Of a DNA stretch of 33,511 nucleotides, positions 1-8,496 are shown piece after piece. The position numbers and the translations under genes are program-made. The first letter of the stretch is position 1, and every line of letters begins with the position of its first letter. The stretch is from Candidatus Heimdallarchaeota archaeon (GTDB lineage Archaea > Asgardarchaeota > Heimdallarchaeia > Hodarchaeales > Hodarchaeaceae). The notes beneath the pieces were generated by a model. That model was given only the letters and a program-made list of their open reading frames with translations. It searched no databases and had not been told where the DNA came from. The DNA lies in assembly GCA_048881705.1 (NCBI GenBank), contig JBHLSH010000022.1, forward strand, positions 11,928 to 45,438, read 5' to 3'.

Positions 1-179
1 GATTGGGAACCCTCGCATGTTACATAGAAATACGGGAGACAACCAGAGGAATTCTCTTTGTGTCAAATTACGTTGTTTTTCTGGATCAAGAGATTAAAAA
101 AAGCCAAATAACTTTCGTATTCAATCAAACGACCCCAGCAAATTGGGGGGCAGCTAGGGTTCACGAACCAGCATATTAA
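1..179 (+). CDS. 3' end of a gene truncated by the left window edge (hypothetical)
   Basis: The frame from nt 3 is open (LGTLACYIEIRETTRGILFVSNYVVFLDQEIKKSQITFVFNQTTPANWGAARVHEPAY*) to TAA at 177-179. It overlaps the convergent DegT stop in the shared TTAA (176-179). The other two + frames close early. Confidence 0.5.
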   Translation, partial: LGTLACYIEIRETTRGILFVSNYVVFLDQEIKKSQITFVFNQTTPANWGAARVHEPAY

Positions 180-1330
180 TGAAAAACATCCTCTAGAATC
201 CTTTTAATGACCCGAACTTCGGACTCGCTAACACCGGGATGAATAGGAATTTCGAAGTGGGTTTTTGCGACATAGTCGGTGTTGGGTAATTTTACCTGGG
301 AATAATTTGGATAAGATACAAACTGGCTCCACCTCCAATTTCTAATACCTTCTAAATAGGTAGGCTGCTGATGACATGGAATTTTGTAGATTTGTCGTGA
401 ACCGATTCCTTTGCCGTTCAGCATTTCCACAACTTGCGGCGCTGTCATATTACCTCCGCTGATTGTAGGTGCGCAAATGTAATCGCTATGAGTGAAACCA
501 GCAGGGATTTCTTGATTGTGAATGTTATCCAATTCTTCAATCACTTGTCTGACGTATTTTGCATTCCTATGCCTTTTTTCCAGCATTTCGGGAAGTTTTC
601 TAAGCTGGACCAGTCCGAGAGCGGCTAATGGATCTGCTAAACGGAAATTATACCCTATAACACTATGATAATACCCCCCTTTCTCACCTCTACCATGATT
701 TTTCAGACTTCTGATTCTTGCTGCCAGTTCATCGCTATCTGTTACAATCATCCCTCCTTCTCCGCTAGTTACATTTTTGGTAGCGTAAAATGAAAAACAC
801 CCAATATCCCCAAACGATCCCACATGCTTGGATTCTATATAAGCGCCGTGTGCCTGGCAGGCATCTTCTATAACAAACAAATCATGATCTTCTGCAATAT
901 CTAACAGTGCGGGCATGTTTGCAGGAAGGCCGAAAATATGTACTGGCAGAATTGCTTTCGTTTTAGATGTTATTAACTTCCCAACAGCTTCTGGGTCTAT
1001 ATTGTATGTTCCTCGTTCTATGTCAGCAAATATTGGAATATTGCCACAGAAACTGATTGCATTTGCGGAAGCTATGAATGTGAATGCTGGAGTTATAACT
1101 TCGGACCCTGGCCGAATTCCTAATCCTTCTAAAGCCAAATGGAGAGCAGCGGTACCGTTTACTGTTACAATGGCATGTTTCACCCCAGTAAACCTTGAAA
1201 ACTCTTCTTCAAGCGCACGGGCGTATTTCCCCTCAACAAATCCCTTTGATCGTATTGCCTGACCAACTAGTTCGATTTCATCTTCATCAATTTGAGGTTG
1301 CGCAAAATGCTTCACGATATTACTCTCCAA
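176..1330 (-). CDS. DegT/DnrJ/EryC1/StrS family PLP-dependent sugar aminotransferase
   Basis: Motifs NGTAALHLAL, TPAFTFIASANA, ILPVHIFG, IEDACQAHGA and FSFYATKNVTSGEGGM (Schiff-base Lys). TTG start, with an in-frame stop 30 nt upstream. Confidence 0.93.
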   Translation of the reverse strand: MESNIVKHFAQPQIDEDEIELVGQAIRSKGFVEGKYARALEEEFSRFTGVKHAIVTVNGTAALHLALEGLGIRPGSEVITPAFTFIASANAISFCGNIPIFADIERGTYNIDPEAVGKLITSKTKAILPVHIFGLPANMPALLDIAEDHDLFVIEDACQAHGAYIESKHVGSFGDIGCFSFYATKNVTSGEGGMIVTDSDELAARIRSLKNHGRGEKGGYYHSVIGYNFRLADPLAALGLVQLRKLPEMLEKRHRNAKYVRQVIEELDNIHNQEIPAGFTHSDYICAPTISGGNMTAPQVVEMLNGKGIGSRQIYKIPCHQQPTYLEGIRNWRWSQFVSYPNYSQVKLPNTDYVAKTHFEIPIHPGVSESEVRVIKRILEDVFH

Positions 1331-1356
1331 GGGTAGTGAATCTGGAGGAGAGCAAC

Positions 1357-1375
1357 CTTAAAAACAGTTTTAAAA
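1357..1375. promoter_or_regulatory. Divergent TATA-like elements between the DegT gene and yggS
   Basis: TTAAAA-ACAG-TTTTAA inverted repeat at 1358-1373. TTTTAAAA (1368-1375, +) and TTTTTAAG (minus strand, 1357-1364) lie about 30-45 nt from the two start codons. Confidence 0.45.
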
Positions 1376-1414
1376 AAACACGAAAGACGAAAAGTATCCG
1401 AGGTTGAGTTTCCG

Positions 1415-2137
1415 TTGAATCGGGAAAAGATTGATAATTCCTTGGTTTCACAGGTTGTACAGAACTATAATAACGTCCGTTCACAGCTGGCTCTCCATGC
1501 CCGTTCGGAGATAATCCCCCAAATTATCGTCGTTACGAAAAACCAGCCAGTTCAATTGATAAAGCGGTTGATAACTCGTTTAGCTCATCCCATCTTTGGT
1601 GAGAACCGAATTCAAGAAGCTCTTCCGAAGATTGAAGCGTGTCAAACTGCTCCCCAGAGCGTAGAGTGGCACTTCATCGGCACCCTCCAACGGAACAAGG
1701 TTAAAAGGGCTCTCGGAAAGTTCTCTTTAATCCAATCATTGGATCGGCTTTCCCTAGCCAAGGAAATCGATAAAAGAGCTGGACAACTGAATATTGACCA
1801 AGTAAATTGCCTTCTACAGATTGATGTGATTAGGGATGGATCGAAATCAGGCATAATTCCTGATATCCATGTTATAAAGCAATTTCTAGAACAGTGTGAG
1901 GAATTGTCTCGCCTTCAGATCCTTGGATTGATGACAATGGCACCATGGCTACCACCAGAGGAGACTCGGCCCTATTTCAAACAAATGGCCCAGATATTTC
2001 TCACCTTGCAGGGTTTGTCGTTACCTTCAAATGTCAGGATGGAAATCCTTTCAATGGGAATGAGCAATGATTATTATGTTGCAGTCCAGGAAGGAGCCAC
2101 TATGATCCGTTTAGGGACGGTATTATTTGGAAAATAG
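1415..2137 (+). CDS. yggS: YggS/PLPBP (PROSC) family pyridoxal phosphate homeostasis protein
   Basis: IIVVTK (PLP Lys), FGENRIQEA, WHFIGTLQRNKVK, GLMTMAP and LSMGMSNDY..A..EGATMIRLGTVLFG are the family signatures. Confidence 0.95.
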   Translation: MNREKIDNSLVSQVVQNYNNVRSQLALHARSEIIPQIIVVTKNQPVQLIKRLITRLAHPIFGENRIQEALPKIEACQTAPQSVEWHFIGTLQRNKVKRALGKFSLIQSLDRLSLAKEIDKRAGQLNIDQVNCLLQIDVIRDGSKSGIIPDIHVIKQFLEQCEELSRLQILGLMTMAPWLPPEETRPYFKQMAQIFLTLQGLSLPSNVRMEILSMGMSNDYYVAVQEGATMIRLGTVLFGK

Positions 2138-2192
2138 TAAATTAGTTTAAAAATCATTTAGGAAACATTCTATATTTCTCATTTGCTTCTTA

Positions 2193-5100
2193 ATGATTGA
2201 GACAGGCGTGAAAAAAATGTCAGAAGTCAAAAAAACGTATTCTATGTCGAAAGATGAAATCAAAATATACTCAACTCTTCAAAAATATGGTTCACAATCG
2301 AGACAGGAATTATTGCTAGCATCTGAACTCCAAGCTGAGAAAGCGGAAAATGCGCTAAAACGTCTCCTTGAGATTGGTTTTGTACAAGAAGATGGAGAAA
2401 TGCAGCTTATATCCCCTGTAATCCCATTTGATAAGATAACGGAATTATTAGATTCAAATTTGAGTAAGATAGTATCTGTTGGTCGAGATCAAAACGAAAC
2501 AATACAGCATTATCGGAAAAAGGCTGAAGAAAGTATTGAAGAATATCGAAGCAACCTAGAATCCAAACTAGGTACATATCAAGATCTTTCAGGAGCATTG
2601 GTATCTGAACTGCAAGAGAGTTTGGGGAACTGGGAATCCGAACAGATCGAACAGACAAACGGGCTATTTGAGGAGATAAAATCTACACTTCAGGACAAGT
2701 TGGCACTCAATAAATCCATGGTTCAGCAAGTAGTGGCTCAAAAAGTTGCTTCATTAGAAAAAAATTGGACAAGTGCATTAGATGAACTTCAACGAGTCCA
2801 ATCTACTGGAGTAAGGATCTTCAATGAAGCAATGGGCCATTACGATCAAGATTTGTCTGAAGCAATTCAACTTGCCAGTGAAAAAATTTCAGATCTGCAT
2901 ACCCAACTTTCAGAAATCACGAATACTCTAGAATCAGTCTTTTCCTCTCAGGTTCAGGAATTTTTTTCTTCAGCTGATGTAATGGCAAAAGATTTCAAGA
3001 ATAACATCAATTCAGGCATACAGGAGTCGTGGAAAAGAGAAGAGGATTTTATAAGTGGGATCCGACAACAGGTTCAGGTTTCTCTGGTTAAAAATGTGAC
3101 TAATGAACTTCAGAAAGTGGTGAATACTCTTAGTAAGGATCTAGATGCTGATATAGATAGGATAATGAAGAATATTCATGATAAGACTGAGGAAATAATT
3201 AAAGATCAAAATAAACACCTAGAAGCACAATTTCAAAACTTCAAAGAGAATGCAAAGGAATTGCTACAGGAACAAAAGGTTCCGTTAAGCGTTCTACAGA
3301 AAGAAGTTACTGAAATCTCGAGTGGTCAAAAACTTGATAGATCCATGACTACTTTCCTTCAACAGCTCGCTGCACAGTTTACTGCAGAGTCGACTTCTCT
3401 TGAGGCTAATTATCGCCAGATCCAAAAGTCCGCAATGGAAACGTTGGAGGAAATCAGGGACAAAACCAAGAAAAACCTCCTAGACCAGAATTCCGAGTTT
3501 GAAAACCTTATTGGTATTATTACTGAGGAATTCGAAAAAATCGTCGCAAATAAAGAGCGAGACGTTTTTACATCCCAACAGATAGCTCAATCTTTGAACC
3601 AATTCCTAGAAAACCTATTAGTCTCTATTCCCATGCGGGCCACGCAGTTAAAGTCATCAGCTAGAGAAGCTCTTGAAGACATCCCTACGGAGCTTAGGGA
3701 AAATCTCCAACGGTCAACTGTTGAAGCTGTTAATAGCCTTCATTTGTCTCTTACCGAAACGCAACAGAGGGTTGAAAATACGTTTAAGGAGAATCAAGAA
3801 GAAAGCCAACGAGAATTCAGTAAGCTCCTCACATCATCTGAGCAACTTTCAACAACAGTATCAAGTCTTAGAACCTCCTATACTGAGACCATTGAAAATC
3901 GATTTGCCCAGCGAGCTAAAGTAATGAATACCGAACTGGAGGCGATTTCAAGAAACTTCCAGCAAGTCTTACACGGATTCGAGGATGGAGTAGGTGATAT
4001 GAAAGGAAGGTTATCTGCTGAAGGGGAACTTCTAGGTCTTGAAACTTCCCTTCAAACCTCTATAAATCAGATAAAAACTGATCTTGATCAATCCTATTCC
4101 CAAACATTGTCAGATTCCAAAGAATATCTTGACTCGGTTAACTCAAGCCTTCAATCATCTCTCGAAGAGACCTTAAATGTCATTAGAGAGGGAATAACAA
4201 ATCTCCAATCAGATTTCAAGAAAAACAGTGATCTTTTCCTTGATCACTTAAAGGAAAATAGTCAAAAACAACAAGGAAGCGTGATCCAAGGGTTGGATGC
4301 AACAGGAACGAAAATATCTGATCAAATCACAGGATTCAAAGAAAACTATCAAAAGATTATCGAAGAAAACCAAAAAAGTGTTGAAGATTACCTTGTGGAA
4401 GGACGCAGGGGCACAGAGGAAGTCATTTCGTTACACAAGGCCAACATTGTCAAGTACCAAGAAAAAGGCCCAGCAGATGTCCTATCGTTTATTACACAGA
4501 TAGAAACGGAGGTTGCAACCCAAAACAAAAATCTTACCGATGCTTTAGAAGATCTCATAAGCGCCTACTCTGGCATTTCTGAAGCAACGTTCGGAGATAT
4601 ATCTGGAACTTTTACTCAATTTCACGAAAGCGGTGATAGGCTCTCATCTGCGACAGATGAATCCATCCAACTGATTTCCAGTGCCATAGGTAAGGCCAAC
4701 GACTCTATTGATCAGTACTTTTCAGATACGATCACGGAACTAGAGAATCAGATAAGCGTCGCAACAGGGCTAATAACCTCTGAAATATCAAGTTCGGCAG
4801 GTACAGTTCGCAATGAAATCAATAAATCTCAACAAGATTACGAAGTAATCATTAAGCGATTGAATTCAGAGTTAAGCGCTAGCCTGTCTCGTCAAGAAAC
4901 AGAATTCATAACTAAAATTCCTGAATTGGAAAAAGATCTATCCTTGATCTTTAACCAGGCTCTAGAAGAACGTGAGTTATCCAGTTCCACCTTAGAGAAG
5001 AGAATAGCTGAAGATTTGGAGGAATTGAAACAGAATTGGCTCAAACAAATTGGAAATGCTGAGACCAAGATCCAAGACCTAATTTCAGGCGTGACAGAGG

Positions 5101-6377
5101 CCGTCGATGCCAACACAGAAAATCTTGAGAAGCATATCCAATCCAATATTGAGCAGATAGCTAAGCAGATCGTAACGCTTTACAGTTTTTCCCCTAAGGA
5201 GGACGTCTTTGAGCTCACGTCGATAAATGATCAGGTGAAAGCGGCCAATAAGCGGTTAAAAAGTGGTATCACAGAGGGTCTAAGGCCTCATATTGAGACT
5301 TTGGATCAAAAATTCCCCGAGTTATTATCAGAACACGATGCTATGCGTAACCAGATAGAAGAGGATCTTGATACCTTTGTGGACGATTTTAGAGACAATT
5401 TATCAAGTGTTCAATCTTCAGTAAGCAATCAAATTCACACCTTTATGAAAGATGAGCGAAAACAAATGAATTTTGCGGATGAAAAAGACGAGCTTAATAC
5501 AATAAGTAAAAATTTTGCTGAAGCTAGTAAAAATCAAAACGAAGCTTTCTCGGAAGATTTAGCAGGATCCATAAACCTTTCCGCCACATCTGTTTCAAAA
5601 TCGAAATCAGATGCTTTGGATTCTATATCAAATATTCCGGAAATATTTACCGGGAGCATTAGCAACCTCAATGAGGAAGTGATTCTGATTACGGATAGCA
5701 CGCGGGAAAAACTGAAGGAACTTGGCCAGGACACAAGAGCAGATATGAGAAAAAAACTTGATTCATTCAGAAGCGATTTCGAAAAATCTGTACGATCTAT
5801 GATTGATGGATCTCATCAAGTAGTTCGTGATGAAATCGAAAATATGAATACCCGACTAATCGAACTAACGAATAAATCCGAAAATACCTTCAAAGAGATC
5901 ACTGATGAGACAAGTGAATTTAAAGACGCCCTTCGGACGATTTCGCTAGAAACGGGTAGAGCAAAGCCGCTTGATTCAATTCGATTTGTTCATATTCCCA
6001 ATGATGCCGCCAATCAGGACTATTTATCCCGTCTTATTGAATCTACTACTAAGCAGTTGACAATATTCGTATCGGATCCTCCACGATTCCTTTCTCTCCC
6101 TGCGTTAAAGAGAATTCCACCTGAAAAAAGGATATGGATCTATACAAACTATGATTTCTCAAAAAAGGGGAAAAAATGGTTGAATGAGCTTGGAAAACAG
6201 GTAAATGTAAATCTACGCAAAGCTAAAACGGATAGGAAAATCACGGGATTGATCGGTGTTGTTGATTCAAAATTGGTTCTGATACTTCCCGATACAATTG
6301 GAATTGTTTCATCGGATTCTAATCTAGTGGAAAACATTACAAATTTATTATCACTGCTTAAAGGGGCTCCAATATAG
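2193..6377 (+). CDS. Giant TrmB-like protein: N-terminal winged HTH, ~1150-aa helical/coiled-coil region, C-terminal TrmB effector (PLD-like fold) domain
   Basis: The N-terminus MSKDEIKIYSTLQKYGSQSRQELLLASEL...ALKRLLEIGFV fits a TrmB wHTH. The middle is E/Q/K/S/L-rich and nearly Pro-free. The C-terminal alpha/beta domain (YLSRLIESTTKQLTIFV...IWIYT...GVVDSKLVLI) resembles the TrmB C-terminal domain. The second ATG at 2217, preceded by AGGCGTG, is the likelier start. Confidence 0.7.
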   Translation: MIETGVKKMSEVKKTYSMSKDEIKIYSTLQKYGSQSRQELLLASELQAEKAENALKRLLEIGFVQEDGEMQLISPVIPFDKITELLDSNLSKIVSVGRDQNETIQHYRKKAEESIEEYRSNLESKLGTYQDLSGALVSELQESLGNWESEQIEQTNGLFEEIKSTLQDKLALNKSMVQQVVAQKVASLEKNWTSALDELQRVQSTGVRIFNEAMGHYDQDLSEAIQLASEKISDLHTQLSEITNTLESVFSSQVQEFFSSADVMAKDFKNNINSGIQESWKREEDFISGIRQQVQVSLVKNVTNELQKVVNTLSKDLDADIDRIMKNIHDKTEEIIKDQNKHLEAQFQNFKENAKELLQEQKVPLSVLQKEVTEISSGQKLDRSMTTFLQQLAAQFTAESTSLEANYRQIQKSAMETLEEIRDKTKKNLLDQNSEFENLIGIITEEFEKIVANKERDVFTSQQIAQSLNQFLENLLVSIPMRATQLKSSAREALEDIPTELRENLQRSTVEAVNSLHLSLTETQQRVENTFKENQEESQREFSKLLTSSEQLSTTVSSLRTSYTETIENRFAQRAKVMNTELEAISRNFQQVLHGFEDGVGDMKGRLSAEGELLGLETSLQTSINQIKTDLDQSYSQTLSDSKEYLDSVNSSLQSSLEETLNVIREGITNLQSDFKKNSDLFLDHLKENSQKQQGSVIQGLDATGTKISDQITGFKENYQKIIEENQKSVEDYLVEGRRGTEEVISLHKANIVKYQEKGPADVLSFITQIETEVATQNKNLTDALEDLISAYSGISEATFGDISGTFTQFHESGDRLSSATDESIQLISSAIGKANDSIDQYFSDTITELENQISVATGLITSEISSSAGTVRNEINKSQQDYEVIIKRLNSELSASLSRQETEFITKIPELEKDLSLIFNQALEERELSSSTLEKRIAEDLEELKQNWLKQIGNAETKIQDLISGVTEAVDANTENLEKHIQSNIEQIAKQIVTLYSFSPKEDVFELTSINDQVKAANKRLKSGITEGLRPHIETLDQKFPELLSEHDAMRNQIEEDLDTFVDDFRDNLSSVQSSVSNQIHTFMKDERKQMNFADEKDELNTISKNFAEASKNQNEAFSEDLAGSINLSATSVSKSKSDALDSISNIPEIFTGSISNLNEEVILITDSTREKLKELGQDTRADMRKKLDSFRSDFEKSVRSMIDGSHQVVRDEIENMNTRLIELTNKSENTFKEITDETSEFKDALRTISLETGRAKPLDSIRFVHIPNDAANQDYLSRLIESTTKQLTIFVSDPPRFLSLPALKRIPPEKRIWIYTNYDFSKKGKKWLNELGKQVNVNLRKAKTDRKITGLIGVVDSKLVLILPDTIGIVSSDSNLVENITNLLSLLKGAPI

Positions 6378-6394
6378 ATCAAAATGGGCGATTT

Positions 6395-8215
6395 TTAAAT
6401 CGAAATCAATCCCAGTAACCCTGTTTGCTCCAAGGTTTTCCCTTTAACCAATCCATTCTTATTAACCCCTTTTATGTGATAATATTCATTCACGAGTTTG
6501 CTCATCGTTTTATTGAAATCAGGGCGTTTGGGTAGGAAATAATCAAACTCATCTTCCTTCCTACTCATTCCCATACGAGTATTGAAGACGCGTTCAACTA
6601 GGGTAATTCTTTGGCCAACTTGGAATATCTGCTTCCAATGCCATGGTATCTCTAAAACGTTCTTTAGAATTAACTCGAGTCTGCCAAAAGATAATCCAAT
6701 TTGGCTTACCATTGGCTTTGACAGGTACTGGAACATGAAGCTGAGAATCCTTTTCGGAAGTATCTTCCAAAAAGGCTTAATACGAAGAAAAAAAGGTAGA
6801 TATCGGCTGCAAACAACCAACGAGTCAAGAAAAGCTATAAGATTTTCAAAAAGTACAACGGTCCGTGCTTTGCCATGTGAACTAAGGGGATCGAGCTTAA
6901 AAGGATAGCCCATAAGTTCTGGCCAGATCATGTAGTCGGAGTGAAAATGCGCACTCCCGAAGGGAGATATTGCTGTAGCCAACGCCAATCCGAGAACTTT
7001 CGGATAATAGAACATCGATCCTATCTGAGATTTGATGAATGGTGCGGGTTCATTTGTTAATTGGTATAAATAACTCTCTCCTCTCGCCAACTGTTCCCCT
7101 AAGTTACGTCTGAAGATGATATCTTCTATTCTTTTATACACATTAATATTTCCCCATTCGTACTCGGTTTGTAACTCCAATAATTTTCGCCGGTCTTCTT
7201 GTATATTTGATAAGGCCGCTAGAGCAGCACCCGTTGAAAGGGGGTCGAGGGCTTCCCTTTCACATTCAGAAATGCTTTTTTGGATCAGGGGAAGATCGAG
7301 AATCTTGAGATTGGGACCAAGGGACACAAAAGCCTGATAGGAATTGCGATTACAGCGAACTGGACATTGCCAGCATTGATATTCTTTACCAAAGCCATTA
7401 AAGGATGAAATCTTCAGTGGATCTAAATTCAGAACCCTAGAAAGATTTTTTGCAGGAAGAACACCATTTTCGATTGCTTCGAAGATTAAACCGAACGTTC
7501 CGTGATTTTGCAGCAACGTATGCCATTCATGAGATTCTAATTCTTCAATCAAAACATCCAGAATATCTGTCGAAAGTCTTTTATCCTGTCGTACCTGTGG
7601 AGCTTCAGTGATGACGATAGCTTTCAGGTTCTTGGACGCCAAAACAGCTCCGAGACCCCCCCGTCTAAAAAAATTTATTCGGTCTACTGCTGCTCCTGCA
7701 AAAACGATTTGATTAACTGCCGCCTGCCCAATGGTCAATATGCACGCAGCATCGCCATATCTGTTTCGTAACCAGTCGTCTGACTCTATAATGTCCTTTT
7801 TCCAAATTGACCGAGCATCCCTAAAATTAATATCCGCAAATTCATCGATTTCCAAATATATTGGGGTTTTAGCAGCTCCATCGATTTGGAGGAAGTTTAA
7901 TTTTTGATTCTCCAAGGCGCCTCCAAGTTTTCCTGTACAGGTTGAAGTGAACAACGTATTGGTGTGGGGAGACTTGAATGTTGCTGTAACATTGCCTCCA
8001 GACGGAAAAATACTGCCAGTTAATGGTCCAGTTCCTATGATAATCGTATTATCGATACCACGAGCGCTCGTATTTGCAGGAATGGCATGATATGCGAGAA
8101 ATACTCCGATTCCCCTACCGCCAAGGAAATTTTCAATGATTTTCTTATCAATTGGTACTTTGGGCGGTATTTTCTCTTCACTTAGGTTGATTGTTTGTAA
8201 TTGCGGCCTCCACAA
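6395..8215 (-). CDS. Aldehyde:ferredoxin oxidoreductase (AOR/WOR) family protein with degenerate active-site motifs
   Basis: FLGGRG, GTGPLTG, KSPHT, RGGLGAVLASKNLKAI, the CWQCPVRC Fe-S triad, ALDPLSTG, GSAH and DSLVVC (fourth Cys). 606 aa, TTG start. Confidence 0.88.
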   Translation of the reverse strand: MWRPQLQTINLSEEKIPPKVPIDKKIIENFLGGRGIGVFLAYHAIPANTSARGIDNTIIIGTGPLTGSIFPSGGNVTATFKSPHTNTLFTSTCTGKLGGALENQKLNFLQIDGAAKTPIYLEIDEFADINFRDARSIWKKDIIESDDWLRNRYGDAACILTIGQAAVNQIVFAGAAVDRINFFRRGGLGAVLASKNLKAIVITEAPQVRQDKRLSTDILDVLIEELESHEWHTLLQNHGTFGLIFEAIENGVLPAKNLSRVLNLDPLKISSFNGFGKEYQCWQCPVRCNRNSYQAFVSLGPNLKILDLPLIQKSISECEREALDPLSTGAALAALSNIQEDRRKLLELQTEYEWGNINVYKRIEDIIFRRNLGEQLARGESYLYQLTNEPAPFIKSQIGSMFYYPKVLGLALATAISPFGSAHFHSDYMIWPELMGYPFKLDPLSSHGKARTVVLFENLIAFLDSLVVCSRYLPFFLRIKPFWKILPKRILSFMFQYLSKPMVSQIGLSFGRLELILKNVLEIPWHWKQIFQVGQRITLVERVFNTRMGMSRKEDEFDYFLPKRPDFNKTMSKLVNEYYHIKGVNKNGLVKGKTLEQTGLLGLISI

Positions 8216-8236
8216 CTATTTTGACACCAGGGGATG

Positions 8237-8383
8237 TCAGTGCCACCGCCATAGATCCCCTAGATCGTCGATCTTAGGTTCCTTGCCAAATTTTCGCTCT
8301 AAAGGGTTTAAATCCTTAGTTATATTTTCCTTATCTCCCTCAGCGTACTCCTTTTCATCTTTGTTTGGCTTTTCTCTCGACAA
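8237..8383 (-). CDS. Small 48-aa charged protein (not in the ORF track)
   Basis: TTG at 8383 to TGA at 8237 gives MSREKPNKDEKEYAEGDKENITKDLNPLERKFGKEPKIDDLGDLWRWH. AGGTGGA lies 10 nt upstream and a TATA box 23-32 nt upstream. It ends 21 nt before the AOR start on the same strand. Confidence 0.5.
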   Translation of the reverse strand: MSREKPNKDEKEYAEGDKENITKDLNPLERKFGKEPKIDDLGDLWRWH

Positions 8384-8405
8384 AAGAAAACAGTCCACCT
8401 TTCTA

Positions 8406-8415
8406 TTTATATAAA
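8406..8415. promoter_or_regulatory. Palindromic TATA box (TTTATATAAA), possibly bidirectional
   Basis: Perfect self-complementary 10-mer in the divergent intergenic region between the small-ORF/AOR unit and the TPR gene. Confidence 0.55.
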
Positions 8416-8496
8416 GTCCTCAACCTTAATATCTTGACGTCTTCCGCCCATTAATAAACTCTTCGGGGCTTCTGCACTTCTTGATTTTTCTAGGGT

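Noticed and set aside
2193-6377. SMC/Rad50, chemoreceptor or phage tape-measure call for the long coiled-coil protein
   Set aside because: No Walker A/B, signature motif or hinge; no TM helices or MCP signalling hairpin; no phage genes nearby.
8136-8414. 92-aa plus-strand ORF in the track
   Set aside because: It overlaps the AOR 5' end in antisense and is the shadow of the better-supported 48-aa minus-strand ORF.
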